From positions 708-64,707 of the forward strand of contig JAGQNT010000188.1 of the NCBI GenBank assembly GCA_020427965.1: 64,000 nt of DNA, written 5' to 3'. A program made the position numbers and the translations under genes. This stretch comes from Candidatus Saccharimonadota bacterium (lineage in GTDB: Bacteria; Patescibacteriota; Saccharimonadia; Saccharimonadales; UBA4665). Shown in pieces: positions 54,920-64,000 of this stretch. Within the stretch, counting starts at the first letter, position 1. Every line of letters begins with the position of its first letter. The notes beneath the pieces were generated by a model. The model was not told the origin of the DNA. It was given only the letters and a program-made list of their open reading frames with translations, and did not search any database.

Positions 54920-56113
54920 CTAGCGCAGGCCCACCGCCTTTTGGACTTCTAATAGTGTTGCGTTGGCTTTGTCGCGCATCTGGGCTTCGCTGCTTTGCAG
55001 CTTGGCCATGAGGGCGGCTTCGTCGACAGACTCCAGCTTGGTCTGAAAGTCGCTCAGGAATGCCTTGACTTGATCCGCAACCTTGCCTTTGAACTCGCCA
55101 TAATTCGTCTGTCCTTCGTGGTGCTGCAAGACCTCTTCCAGGGGCTTGCCGGCCAGCAAGGCGTGTATTTGCAGTAAATTACTAATGCCTGGCTGGTTTT
55201 CAACATCAAAGTGGACGGCCCCAACAGAGTCAGTAGCAGCCGACATGACCTTTTTGGCTGCCTCATCCGGGTTGTCACCGAGGAAAATGATACCTTTGTC
55301 ACTAGCTTCGCTTTTGCTCATTTTGCGACTCGGGTCTTGGAGGTCTTTAATGCGCAGACCTTGGTCTTTGCCAAAGAATTCATGCTGCTTTTTGACCGGT
55401 TCCGGTACAACGAACAGTTCACCGAACTTATTGTTCATACGTTCGGCAATATCACGCGCAAATTCTAGGTGCTGCGTCTGATCCTCTCCAACGGGTACGT
55501 ATTTCGCACCGTAAAGCAGAATATCTGCCGCCATCAAGACAGGGTAATTAAATAGACCAACACTGCTTCCTCTCGCATCTTCTGCGGTCAAGCCTTGGAT
55601 ATATTTTAAGATTATCTTAAGTAGTTCTTTGTCATTCCCTTTTGATTGAACAGTACTTTGCAGTAGTTCGTCCATTCTTTCTTGGCCTAGATCATTCGTT
55701 GCTCGGGCAAGAGCTTCTTTTGCTTGTTTTTCTCTATCGATACCCGACTTCTCCTTAAATTGGATCATGCGATTTAACTCGCCGAAGTATGCAAAACAAT
55801 CAAGGATCCAGGTCAATTCGCTGTGGGCGGGAATGAAACTTTGGCGGTAAATATGGATATTTTCGTTGTCTAGTGGTAAACCAGCAGCCACGAACAGCTT
55901 TAGGTTACGCATGATCTGTCCTTGAAGCTGGCTATGGTCAATCGGTGTCGTAAAGCTGTGCAGATCAGGTACAAACAGGTTGATTTCATACTCATCGGCG
56001 TGGCTTTTGGCCATATCAATAATAGGCAGCAATGCGCCAAAATAATTGCCGATGTGCAGGTCATTGTTGGCCCTCAGCCCCGTTAGAATTACTGGTTTAG
56101 TCATTATCTTCAT
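54920..56113 (-). CDS. trpS: Tryptophan--tRNA ligase (with an internal insertion of about 55-60 aa)
   Basis: LHIGNYFGAL (HIGH-type), KMSKS, and YPVLMAADILLY. 397 aa. Confidence 0.9.
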   Translation of the reverse strand: MKIMTKPVILTGLRANNDLHIGNYFGALLPIIDMAKSHADEYEINLFVPDLHSFTTPIDHSQLQGQIMRNLKLFVAAGLPLDNENIHIYRQSFIPAHSELTWILDCFAYFGELNRMIQFKEKSGIDREKQAKEALARATNDLGQERMDELLQSTVQSKGNDKELLKIILKYIQGLTAEDARGSSVGLFNYPVLMAADILLYGAKYVPVGEDQTQHLEFARDIAERMNNKFGELFVVPEPVKKQHEFFGKDQGLRIKDLQDPSRKMSKSEASDKGIIFLGDNPDEAAKKVMSAATDSVGAVHFDVENQPGISNLLQIHALLAGKPLEEVLQHHEGQTNYGEFKGKVADQVKAFLSDFQTKLESVDEAALMAKLQSSEAQMRDKANATLLEVQKAVGLR

Positions 56114-56119
56114 TATAAC

Positions 56120-56401
56120 CTACGCTTGCAGAGTTCTGGAATTTCCAAAACCCCTCGTGACACTTAAACTTTCCAGTAGCACGAACCTACATTCGTCCGC
56201 TGCGACTGCCCTTACTTCTGGTTCGGCAGCGACTTGGTCTCGAACATTCTCGGTTGTGACACCGACGCCGACCCCTGTAGTGAGTTCTGCGGCACTTCTG
56301 ACGGTCAGACGCGCTACCCTGGCGCACATTATTTTACTATCGTCAGGTGCGAGCTGTGCCAAGGGGCAATGTTCGCAGTCTAGTGGGTTAATCTTTTCCA
56401 T
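56120..56401 (-). CDS. Hypothetical 93-aa protein
   Basis: AAGGAG RBS. N-terminal CEHC pair. No family recognised. Confidence 0.45.
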   Translation of the reverse strand: MEKINPLDCEHCPLAQLAPDDSKIMCARVARLTVRSAAELTTGVGVGVTTENVRDQVAAEPEVRAVAADECRFVLLESLSVTRGFGNSRTLQA

Positions 56402-56416
56402 ATTTCTCCTTTCTTA

Positions 56417-56440
56417 ACAAAAAACCGCCGGGTGGCGGTT
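56417..56440 (-). terminator. Intrinsic terminator
   Basis: Minus-strand AACCGCC-ACCC-GGCGGTT followed by TTTTTT. Confidence 0.7.
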
Positions 56441-56590
56441 GCGCTGTTGATTGATTAGGATTATGTACGTACAGTGCTAACCGCTTCGGCATATTTACCG
56501 AAGAAAAACCAGAAAGCAAAAAACTGTTTTACAAAACCTGACATGAGCATGAGTCTACTCCTAATAACTCTGTATTGCAAGGGGTGGACG

Positions 56591-57061
56591 TTAGCCTCCA
56601 ATAATCTTCACAATATGATCGGCCGTAATGTCTTCTGTTTTTTGTCCATAATCGGCGTATTGCAAGCGAGTTGGCGTGATTTTGAGTGGCACGTAGTTGC
56701 CGGAGTGAATTTTGTCTACCGGAGGATGCCAATGTTCGTCATCGTCGGGTTTTAGGTTGGCAAACTTTGGTAACAAGTCGTGGGCGTATTCGTTCAGATC
56801 AACTTTTGACACCGTACCGGCTAGCTGCACTGTCACCTGAGATTGCCTGTCTACTACTGTGAGCGCAACCTGCGGGTTTTGATCAATATCACCGAACTTT
56901 TGTGTGCCTGTACGCGTCAGGAAGTAGAAGTTAAAGTCGTCGTCTACTAAAAAGAAGATAGCCGCACCCCAAGGTTGGCCGTCTTTGTCCGACGTCGAAA
57001 GTACGCCAAACTGTTGACTACGCACAAATGCGAGTGCTTTGTTTCGAGATTCTGTGTCCAT
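56591..57061 (-). CDS. Pyridoxamine 5'-phosphate oxidase-like FMN-binding protein
   Basis: 156 aa split-barrel-like pattern (GVLSTSDKDGQPWGAAIFFLVDDDFNFYFLT). Confidence 0.7.
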   Translation of the reverse strand: MDTESRNKALAFVRSQQFGVLSTSDKDGQPWGAAIFFLVDDDFNFYFLTRTGTQKFGDIDQNPQVALTVVDRQSQVTVQLAGTVSKVDLNEYAHDLLPKFANLKPDDDEHWHPPVDKIHSGNYVPLKITPTRLQYADYGQKTEDITADHIVKIIGG

Positions 57062-57142
57062 GCCCTAAGCATAGCACGACAATCACTGTTTGATAGCGAT
57101 TTTTGGTACCATGTTGCCGGAAAATAACAGATGAAATAAGGC

Positions 57143-57170
57143 CGACTTATATAATTAATTATATAAGTCG
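57143..57170. repeat. 28-bp perfect AT-rich palindrome (copy 2)
   Basis: CGACTTATATAATT|AATTATATAAGTCG. It shares a 21-mer with 30411-30431 and lies about 85 nt upstream of the 57061 start. Confidence 0.85.
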
Positions 57171-57190
57171 ATACGTGATTGCCTGTTTGG

Positions 57191-57412
57191 CTATCTGAAG
57201 CCTAGGGCTTCGACCGCCGGGGTTATCTCGGCCAATAGTTCGGCGCGTGCTTCGGGTGTCAATGCCAAGCAGTTGCCTGGGGTGCTGTGGCCTAGGTCTA
57301 CAACGTTCGCTGGTTCTCCTATCGACCGTAAGTATAACCCCACACGGTCTGCATTTGATAGTGCCAGTTCTTCGCCGGTGATATCTGTTATTTTTTCTGG
57401 TCCACTAGTCAT
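57191..57412 (-). CDS. Hypothetical 73-aa protein
   Basis: ORF only. No family recognised. Confidence 0.4.
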   Translation of the reverse strand: MTSGPEKITDITGEELALSNADRVGLYLRSIGEPANVVDLGHSTPGNCLALTPEARAELLAEITPAVEALGFR

Positions 57413-57428
57413 TGTTATCCTCCATGTA

Positions 57429-57950
57429 CTACTTATTTACTGAATACTTTGAATGAATACGGCCAAGATTTCTTAGCTCTGAGCTGATTAGAGTCAGCGA
57501 TAAATCCAAATCATTGCCGACGAAAACAGGTCTTCCTTTACCCAAAATGTGAGGGTTGTAGGTTAGCCACACCTCATCAATGAGCTCTCTAGATAGAAAT
57601 TGGCTATTTAGTTTACCACCTCCGATTACTAGTGCGGTGTCTATTCCCAGATTGCGCACAATATCCAACGCTTCTTCTGGACTACGGACGACCGTGTAGC
57701 CATCTGGTGTCTGAAAGTCAGGATTACCCGTCACGATAATCTTGTTGCCGCATTCAACGTCGTCAAAGTTATGATCTGGATATAGCTTCATCACCAATTC
57801 GTAAGTCTCACGACCCATAATAAAGTTTTGGAATGTATCTACTTCTGAGACAAAATCATCCCAACCATCTTTTGGGAGCCAATCCTCTTGCCCATCTTCG
57901 CGGGCGATCATGCCATTCAAAGAAACAGATGCTGATAGTACAACCTTCAT
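57429..57950 (-). CDS. Dihydrofolate reductase-like (RibD C-terminal domain) protein
   Basis: MKVVLSASVSLNGMIA...IMGRETYE...VIGGGKLN pattern. Confidence 0.8.
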   Translation of the reverse strand: MKVVLSASVSLNGMIAREDGQEDWLPKDGWDDFVSEVDTFQNFIMGRETYELVMKLYPDHNFDDVECGNKIIVTGNPDFQTPDGYTVVRSPEEALDIVRNLGIDTALVIGGGKLNSQFLSRELIDEVWLTYNPHILGKGRPVFVGNDLDLSLTLISSELRNLGRIHSKYSVNK

Positions 57951-58005
57951 ATATCAATCATAGCAAAACCGATGCATACTAACCCAATATCTCAACCGTA
58001 GAAAT

Positions 58006-58031
58006 AAAAACTCCGGTGACCCGGAGTTTTT
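58006..58031. terminator. Bidirectional intrinsic terminator after rpsI
   Basis: AAAAACTCCGG-TGAC-CCGGAGTTTTT. Confidence 0.75.
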
Positions 58032-58048
58032 GTTGGGATTACAAATGC

Positions 58049-58453
58049 TTAACGCTTTGTAAATTGGCGCTGCTTGCGAGCACCCTTGAGGCCGAACTTC
58101 TTGCGTTCGCGCTCGCGTGGGTCGCGGCTGAGCAGGTCGGCTCGCTTCAGCGTGCTCTTGTAGTCTTCGTTGAGCGTGACCAGGGCTTTGGCAATACCGA
58201 GCTGAATAGCTTGCATTTGACCTTCGTGACCACCACCGTTAACCTTGGCACTGACGTTAAACTTGCCAGTTAATTCCAAGACAGTGAATGGCTGGTTGAG
58301 CTTATTGAGTAAATACTTACTGTCAGCGAAGTATTCCTCGGCTGGCTTGTCATTAACGGTAATGGCGCCTTTGCCGCTCATCAAACGAACGCGAGCGGTT
58401 GCGGTCTTACGGCGGCCAAGCGCGTAGTGGTAACTATCTTTCTTGTCTGCCAT
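58049..58453 (-). CDS. rpsI: 30S ribosomal protein S9
   Basis: GGGHEGQMQAIQLGIAKAL and a C-terminal ...KKFGLKGARKQRQFTKR. Confidence 0.95.
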   Translation of the reverse strand: MADKKDSYHYALGRRKTATARVRLMSGKGAITVNDKPAEEYFADSKYLLNKLNQPFTVLELTGKFNVSAKVNGGGHEGQMQAIQLGIAKALVTLNEDYKSTLKRADLLSRDPRERERKKFGLKGARKQRQFTKR

Positions 58454-58454
58454 A

Positions 58455-58895
58455 TTACTTTGCTTCCTTTACTTTAACTTCGGTTGGCTTCTGGGCTGCG
58501 TGTTGGTGTTCGGCACCGGCGTATACCTTCAGGCGCTTCAGGCGGCCATCGCGCAATTTGTTAACGGGGAGCATGCCACGTACAGCGTGCACAATGGCTT
58601 CGGTGGAGTCCTTGTCCATTTGTTCACGCAGTGTGCGTTGTTTGATGCCGCCCGGAAAACCAGTGTGTCGGTAATAGATCTTCTTGTCCTCTTTGCCACC
58701 AGTGACCTTTAGCTGGTCGGCATTGATGACGACAACGAAGTCGCCTGTGTCAATGTGATGCGTAAACTGTGGCTTGCCCTTGCCAGTGAGTAGTTGTGCT
58801 ACCTGGGTGGCAACACGGCCGAGAGGTGCCTGGCTGGCATCAACAATGAACCACTCTCGGTTTACATCAGTAGGTTTTGCGCTGTAGGTCTTCAT
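58455..58895 (-). CDS. rplM: 50S ribosomal protein L13
   Basis: REWFIVDA...LGRVAT...LTGKGKP...YYRHTGFPGG. Confidence 0.95.
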   Translation of the reverse strand: MKTYSAKPTDVNREWFIVDASQAPLGRVATQVAQLLTGKGKPQFTHHIDTGDFVVVINADQLKVTGGKEDKKIYYRHTGFPGGIKQRTLREQMDKDSTEAIVHAVRGMLPVNKLRDGRLKRLKVYAGAEHQHAAQKPTEVKVKEAK

Positions 58896-59353
58896 TATTT
58901 GGCCTCTGCTTTCTTGGCTGCTGGCTTTTTGGCCGGAGCTGGCTTAGAAGTAGCTTCTGCCTTGGGAGCCGCCTTCGCTACCGGCGCCTCTTTCAGATCA
59001 TCAACAAAGCTGATTCGCGCCATTTGAGCCTGATCACCACGGCGCAAGCGAGTCTTTTCGATGCGCAGGTGGCCACTGTCGCGACCCTTTAACTTGGGTG
59101 CGATCTCGTCAACCAGTTTGTGTGCGCTAGCAACAGTACTGAGTCCAGCTAGAACTTGGCGACGATTGTGTAAATCACCTTTTTTAGCTTTGGTGATGAG
59201 CTTTTCGAGGTATGGCACTACCTCTTTTGCCTTCGGTAGGGTTGTCTCAATAGATTCGTCGCGTACCAATGACTCAGCCAAGCCCTTGATAAGGGCGTTG
59301 CGCTGGTCGCGTTCGCGGCCGAACTTCCTACCTTTATATCCGTGACGGTGCAT
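58895..59353 (-). CDS. rplQ: 50S ribosomal protein L17 (Lys/Ala-rich C-terminal tail)
   Basis: MHRHGYKGRKFGRERDQRNALIKGLA is an L17 N-terminus. Confidence 0.9.
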   Translation of the reverse strand: MHRHGYKGRKFGRERDQRNALIKGLAESLVRDESIETTLPKAKEVVPYLEKLITKAKKGDLHNRRQVLAGLSTVASAHKLVDEIAPKLKGRDSGHLRIEKTRLRRGDQAQMARISFVDDLKEAPVAKAAPKAEATSKPAPAKKPAAKKAEAK

Positions 59354-59355
59354 AA

Positions 59356-60303
59356 CTAGAGCTCCAACTCCGCCATCTTTTCTTTGACTTCATCGAGTGC
59401 TTTGCTCCCGAAACCTTTGAGGTCGCGGAGTTCGGCGTCATTCAGGCTAAACAAGTCCTTGATAGTGTGAATGTCGTTGTTAACCAATGCGTTTGTCGTA
59501 CGGGCACTAAGGTTGAGATCTTCGATGCTTGTGTTGAGGGCGGTTGGCTCCTCGCCACCGATCATGTCGTCACCAGCGAAAGTGTCAACCGCAGGCGCAA
59601 CAGGCTCTGACTTGACGCGAGTCTTGCCAGCCAGTGCGGTGTATTGATTAACCAAGATAGCTGCAGCCTCTTCAAAGGCGTCGGTTGGCGTGATAGTACC
59701 GTCGGTGTCAACGGTAATGATTAGCTTGTCGAGGTCGGTAGCCTGGCCAACACGAGTGTTTTCTACCTTGTAGCGTACTCGGACGACTGGGCTAAATACG
59801 GCATCTAGTGCAATCGCGTCGCTCGCTTTACGAACGGTGCTTTCTTCGATGGTGCGGTAACCACGGCCCACTTCGACGACGAGGTCAACCGTTAGCTTGC
59901 CCTTAGAGCTGTCGATAGTTGCAATGACGTGGTCGGGGTTAACAACTTCGACATCGGCGTTGGTCTGAATGTCCTTAGCGGTAACAGGGCCGGCACCGCT
60001 CTTTACGATGCGCAAATTCTGTGGCTCTTCACCGTAGACGCGGAAACGGATACCCTTGAGGTTCATCATGATGTCAACGACGTCTTCTTTGACGCCCGGA
60101 ACAGCGGTGAATTCGTGGGTTTGACCCTCGATCTTGAACGACGTGACAGCAGCACCAGAGATGCTACTGAGTAGTACTCGGCGAATGGAGTTGCCAAGCG
60201 TGTTGCCATAGCCACTGTGCAATGGTTCGACTGTAAAGGTCGCGCTGGTGGCGCTGTGGTCGTCTACATTGACGAGGCCTGGTGTGTGGATAATGTTGGA
60301 CAT
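59356..60303 (-). CDS. rpoA: DNA-directed RNA polymerase subunit alpha
   Basis: EPLHSGYGNTLGNSIRRVLLSS and a C-terminal domain (LSARTTNALVNNDIHTIKDL). Confidence 0.95.
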   Translation of the reverse strand: MSNIIHTPGLVNVDDHSATSATFTVEPLHSGYGNTLGNSIRRVLLSSISGAAVTSFKIEGQTHEFTAVPGVKEDVVDIMMNLKGIRFRVYGEEPQNLRIVKSGAGPVTAKDIQTNADVEVVNPDHVIATIDSSKGKLTVDLVVEVGRGYRTIEESTVRKASDAIALDAVFSPVVRVRYKVENTRVGQATDLDKLIITVDTDGTITPTDAFEEAAAILVNQYTALAGKTRVKSEPVAPAVDTFAGDDMIGGEEPTALNTSIEDLNLSARTTNALVNNDIHTIKDLFSLNDAELRDLKGFGSKALDEVKEKMAELEL

Positions 60304-60320
60304 ACGCTTTCTTTCCTCCC

Positions 60321-60938
60321 TTAGCGTGAGTAGTATTCGACGATTAGTTGTTCATTGATGTCTGGTTCGGCGTCGTCGCGCGTTGGCAGACCTGTAATTT
60401 TCAACTCAAACTTTTTGCGGTCAGCCTTGAGCCATGCAGGTGTCTCTCCTGGGGCTGGGCTAACATCATCAAGTTTCTTGAAATATTCAGATTTCTTACT
60501 GTGGTCACGAACGACCAGGACATCGCCTTCTTTGAGGCGGATTGATGGAATATCAACGCGGGTGCCGTTGAGCATAAAGTGACCGTGGGTCACGAGCTGT
60601 CGGGCTGCGCGGCGACTTGGCGCAAAACCAGCGCGGTAAACGGCATTGTCAGCACGCTGCTCGAGTAGTTGTAGCAGGTTGGCGCCAGACTGACCTTGGC
60701 GACGAGTCGCTTCCTTCATGAGGTTGGAGAACTGCTTTTCGAGTAGACCATACAGACGCTTGACCTTCTGCTTTTCACGGAGCTGCATGGCGTATTGACT
60801 GGTCTTGACGCGACCGCGGTAACCCTGTTGTTGGCCAGGGGTGCTGGAACGCTTGACGAGGGCTTTGTGAGCCTTGGGGTGAAGCGCGTAGCCTTCACGG
60901 CGGCTCATCTTAACGATAGATTGTCGATCTCGTGCCAT
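60321..60938 (-). CDS. rpsD: 30S ribosomal protein S4
   Basis: YGLLEKQF...RLDNAVYRAGFA...S4 RNA-binding domain. Confidence 0.95.
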   Translation of the reverse strand: MARDRQSIVKMSRREGYALHPKAHKALVKRSSTPGQQQGYRGRVKTSQYAMQLREKQKVKRLYGLLEKQFSNLMKEATRRQGQSGANLLQLLEQRADNAVYRAGFAPSRRAARQLVTHGHFMLNGTRVDIPSIRLKEGDVLVVRDHSKKSEYFKKLDDVSPAPGETPAWLKADRKKFELKITGLPTRDDAEPDINEQLIVEYYSR

Positions 60939-60941
60939 GGA

Positions 60942-61388
60942 TTAGACCCTCCGTGCTTTCTTAGGACGGACGCCACCGTGTGGCACGCCAGTTACATCCT
61001 GAATTGACTCAACTTGAATATCGAGGCCAGCAAGTGCGCGGACGGCTGCATCGCGGCCCAAACCAACACCCTTGATGAACACCTCTGCTCGGCTAAAGCC
61101 GTACTGTTGCTTGGCGGCATTACCGGCTCGCTCTGCGGCGATTTGTGCGGCGTAGGCTGTACCCTTTTTGGAACCTCGGAAGCCACATGCGCCAGCACTG
61201 CTCGCAGTCAAGGCACCACCTTTGGGGTCTGTGAAAGTGACGATTGTGTTATTAAAGCTAGCCAAAATGTGTACTTGGCCGCTTGGTACACTGCGCTTCG
61301 TTTTCTTGCGTTTTGGCGCAGTTGCAGGTGCAGCAGCCTCATTTGTGGCTGGTGCTTCTGCTGTTGTAGTTGTAGTATCTTCTGCCAT
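60942..61388 (-). CDS. rpsK: 30S ribosomal protein S11 (about 20-aa Thr/Ala-rich N-terminal extension)
   Basis: GQVHILASFNNTIVTFTD...GFRGSKKGTAYAAQ. Confidence 0.95.
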   Translation of the reverse strand: MAEDTTTTTAEAPATNEAAAPATAPKRKKTKRSVPSGQVHILASFNNTIVTFTDPKGGALTASSAGACGFRGSKKGTAYAAQIAAERAGNAAKQQYGFSRAEVFIKGVGLGRDAAVRALAGLDIQVESIQDVTGVPHGGVRPKKARRV

Positions 61389-61397
61389 ATATCAGTC

Positions 61398-61784
61398 CTA
61401 GGTCTTACTTGGAGTTTTCTTAGCGGTGCCACCCACGGTTGTTTTCTTGCCACGACGAGTACGAGCATTAGTCTTGGTACGTTGACCACGACTAGGCAAG
61501 TTCGCCTTGTGGCGTGTGCCTCGGTATGCACCAATATCCTTGAGACGCTTGATGTTACCAGCAACAATTCGCTGCAGCTCACCCTCAACAGTGTATTTCT
61601 CATTGATTTGCTCTTGGATACGGCCAATCTCGGCATCCGTCAGGTCTTTGACACGGACAGTCGGCTCAACTTTGGCTGCCTTGATGATGTCGACAGCTGT
61701 CTTAGGACCGATGCCGTACACATAGGTTAACGCCACATGAACTTGCTTTTCGTTAGGGATTGTCACCCCAGAAATTCTAGCCAT
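61398..61784 (-). CDS. rpsM: 30S ribosomal protein S13
   Basis: MARISGVTIPNEKQV...LTYVYGIG. Confidence 0.95.
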   Translation of the reverse strand: MARISGVTIPNEKQVHVALTYVYGIGPKTAVDIIKAAKVEPTVRVKDLTDAEIGRIQEQINEKYTVEGELQRIVAGNIKRLKDIGAYRGTRHKANLPSRGQRTKTNARTRRGKKTTVGGTAKKTPSKT

Positions 61785-61787
61785 ACC

Positions 61788-61904
61788 TTAACCCTGCCTC
61801 TGCTTGTGCTTTGGCTTAAACTTGTTAATAACATAGAGACGACCCTTACGACGCACAATTTTGTCGTCTGGGCTGATCTTCTTGACGCTTGCACGTACTT
61901 TCAT
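61788..61904 (-). CDS. rpmJ: 50S ribosomal protein L36
   Basis: Below the track cutoff. My translation is [38 protein letters not shown]. Confidence 0.85.
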   Translation of the reverse strand: MKVRASVKKISPDDKIVRRKGRLYVINKFKPKHKQRQG

Positions 61905-62082
61905 GTACGGATTACTGCTCCTTTCGCAAGTAACACACTGCATTAATATTATTAATTCGGTAGCACGTTTTCAGAATGGTACAGTGCGAGATGAAACGTG
62001 AATCCCGTAAACGATTCGTATCGAGAATACGATGAGTGCGGAATGGAGCGTTTCGCTCGCCATGTGCCGTTCTGTAAATGTG

Positions 62083-62304
62083 CTAACTTTTGCGATAGGT
62101 GATTCTGCCCTTAGTAAGATCGTAAGGGGTCAACTCAACCGTTACGCTGTCACCTGGCACGATACGGATGAAGTGTTTCCGCATCTTACCCGCCACGTGA
62201 GCTACAATTACATGTCCGTTTTCAAGTTCGACTTTGAACTGAGTACCCGGAAGGGTCTCGACGATTGTCCCCGTCAGCTCAATTACTTCCTTATTTACGG
62301 CCAT
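62083..62304 (-). CDS. infA: Translation initiation factor IF-1
   Basis: [41 protein letters not shown]. Confidence 0.95.
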   Translation of the reverse strand: MAVNKEVIELTGTIVETLPGTQFKVELENGHVIVAHVAGKMRKHFIRIVPGDSVTVELTPYDLTKGRITYRKS

Positions 62305-62357
62305 AGAAATATAACCCGATTATTATAGCAGTTTAACCACGGAGTTGTAAAGACTTT

Positions 62358-63851
62358 TTACTTCTTATTTTTATTTGGAATTCTCAGTAACTTGAAACGC
62401 GGTGGCTTAGTAATGTCCTGTAGGTCTGGTTCCTGGAAGAAATCTGGTTCAGAATACTGATCGTACGTCACCATCAGGGCACGAGATTCAACGGCGCGCA
62501 TTGTCTGAAGGCTAACTGACACCAAGATCAGTACGCTGGTACCACCGATGCTGATGTTAATGTTCGGCAAGAATATTTGCCCAATTACTGGCAACAGGGC
62601 CAGGATACCTAAGCTGATGGAGCCGAACAGCGTCAGTCGATTGACTGTCTTGCTAAGGAAACGTTCTGTTTGCTCACCACCACGCAAGCCTTCAATGAAA
62701 CCACCTTGCTTGTGCAAGTTTTCGGCGATCTCCTTGCTGTTGAAGGCAATACCCGTATAAAAGTATGTGAACAGTACCACTAGGAAAAAGTAGGTCAATG
62801 GATAGATATATGCTTCCCAGCCGTTTGTTGCAAAACTACTTGCTGAAGGTGCCTGGAACCAGGTGATTAGATTGGTGCCAATATGTTGCAAACGTTCGCT
62901 ACTGTGCGTACTCAGCAACTGTCCAACAAAGCTCGGTACGCTCAAAAAGGCTACCGCGAAGATGATTGGCACGACCCCGGCGGTAATGAGTTTGACCGGC
63001 AGTATTGTTGTCACGCCGCCATAGGTCCGGTTGCCTTGGACGCGCTTGGCATAGTTGACCGTAATATTTCTGGCCGCTTCGTTCAACTTCACAACCAGCC
63101 ATGCCACCACGACCGCAGTCAATGCGATCACCGCACTATAAAATAGCGCCGTTTTGTCGATCGTATACGTGTGACCAAATAGGTGCCATTTGGAAGTTCC
63201 CGCGAAAATCGATGTCCACATTTGTTCGACTGTCTTTGGCAATGCGCTGACGATACTGACAGTAATAAGCAGTGAGATACCATTCCCTAGTCCTTGCTCT
63301 GTGATGAGCTCACCGAGCCACATGAGCAGCATTGATCCAGCCGTTAGGGCCGAAACCATCAAAACCCACTGCATGAAACTACTGTTGGCAGTTATGTCAC
63401 CTACTCCACTGATTTGAGTTGCAGCACTCTTAACCAAATAGATTGAACCGATGGACTGCACAATGGCCAGTGGAAAGGTTAGGATACGGGTGTATTGATT
63501 GATCTTCTTTTGACCAAATTCACCCTCTTTGTGGAGTGCTTCTAACTGAGGAATGGCCTTGGTCAGAAGCTGCATAATGATGCTCGCGTTAATGTATGGC
63601 CCAAGACCAGCAATCATAATTGAAAAGTTTGCCAAGGCTCCGCCAGAGAGAATATTAATGTAACTAAGCAGCGCCGTAGAATTGGTGGTGTTATAGACGT
63701 TGTCAATAACCTGGCGGATTGTTTCACCGCTGCCAAGTGGGATAGGGATGTGCGCCAGGATTTTATATATAAGAATAATGCCAACAACAGCCAGGATACG
63801 CTTCTGCATATCCCGCTTGCGCAGTGATCGTCCGATAACTTTCCAGTTCAT
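62358..63851 (-). CDS. secY: Preprotein translocase subunit SecY
   Basis: 497 aa, 10-TM pattern, GIGPYINASIIMQLL-like motif (GLGPYINASIIMQLL). Confidence 0.95.
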   Translation of the reverse strand: MNWKVIGRSLRKRDMQKRILAVVGIILIYKILAHIPIPLGSGETIRQVIDNVYNTTNSTALLSYINILSGGALANFSIMIAGLGPYINASIIMQLLTKAIPQLEALHKEGEFGQKKINQYTRILTFPLAIVQSIGSIYLVKSAATQISGVGDITANSSFMQWVLMVSALTAGSMLLMWLGELITEQGLGNGISLLITVSIVSALPKTVEQMWTSIFAGTSKWHLFGHTYTIDKTALFYSAVIALTAVVVAWLVVKLNEAARNITVNYAKRVQGNRTYGGVTTILPVKLITAGVVPIIFAVAFLSVPSFVGQLLSTHSSERLQHIGTNLITWFQAPSASSFATNGWEAYIYPLTYFFLVVLFTYFYTGIAFNSKEIAENLHKQGGFIEGLRGGEQTERFLSKTVNRLTLFGSISLGILALLPVIGQIFLPNINISIGGTSVLILVSVSLQTMRAVESRALMVTYDQYSEPDFFQEPDLQDITKPPRFKLLRIPNKNKK

Positions 63852-63920
63852 TCTATATACCCTCTGTCTCTTTTTGCGAGGTAACGCTACATAGTATAGC
63901 GCACCTCGCAGCAGAAACGA

Positions 63921-64000
63921 CTATTTTTCAGCTTTTTGGAGCTTTTTCTTGGAGGTGATTGGTCGACCAAGGCGCTCAACCTTCTCAAAACTGCCACCAG
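63921..64000 (-). CDS. rplO: 50S ribosomal protein L15, C-terminal fragment (cut by window edge)
   Basis: My translation is ...GGSFEKVERLGRPITSKKKLQKAEK*. Its position upstream of secY fits rplO. Confidence 0.55.
   Translation of the reverse strand, partial: GGSFEKVERLGRPITSKKKLQKAEK

Noticed and set aside
57143-57170. The 28-bp palindrome might be a dif (XerCD) site.
   Set aside because: dif sites are imperfect 11-6-11 sites present once per chromosome. This one is perfectly symmetric, extremely AT-rich, and its core occurs twice in 27 kb upstream of genes.
61014-61730. 238-aa plus-strand ORF across rpsK/rpsM.
   Set aside because: It is antisense to two highly conserved ribosomal protein genes. 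The Cys/Ser-rich nonsense composition marks it as a shadow ORF.
61905-63851. Absence of adk and map between secY and infA/rpmJ.
   Set aside because: This is a gene-order variation that is probably lineage-typical. Absence from this window does not show absence from the genome.

Overview
Gene-dense bacterial chromosomal segment, mostly minus-strand. The content points to a reduced Patescibacteria/CPR genome, possibly Saccharibacteria-like, but that assignment is inference only. Supporting features are ribosomal proteins with terminal extensions, a fragmented secE-nusG-rplKAJL cluster, envelope genes (LCP, pilin-like, GT2/GT4) and a cyo oxidase as the only respiratory module seen. Contents left to right: cyoABCDE (cyoE cut by the window edge) behind an OmpR-type two-component system; envelope and regulatory genes; cysS, a DHH phosphoesterase, recR, ybaB, dnaB, dnaX; rplL/rplJ; an accessory block of small ORFs; a dcd plus tmk-thyX fusion operon; rplA/rplK with inserted mini-ORFs; nusG/secE; a membrane GT2; a PAS kinase plus a Com-zinc-ribbon-PAS protein; a GT4-GH57-GH15 alpha-glucan operon; rpmG; a tRNA cluster; holB, a pseudouridine synthase, trpS; and the rpsI to secY ribosomal/rpoA block. 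No rRNA, CRISPR array, transposase or integrase was recognised. Most interesting is a conserved, covarying ~85-nt three-hairpin RNA element. It sits immediately after the first T of the T-loop (canonical T54) in two tRNA-like genes: a tRNA-Trp copy at 45009-45157 and a tRNA-Tyr-like fragment at 51994-52140. A possible mini-version lies at 13549-13652. Four other short sequences recur exactly or nearly exactly in intergenic regions. They are a 22-bp tandem GTTACGTAAC palindrome, a 20-28-bp AT palindrome, a 31-nt GC-rich hairpin repeat, and a duplicated GNRA-hairpin leader in front of rplA. All calls come from reading the sequence and the ORF track; no database search was run.
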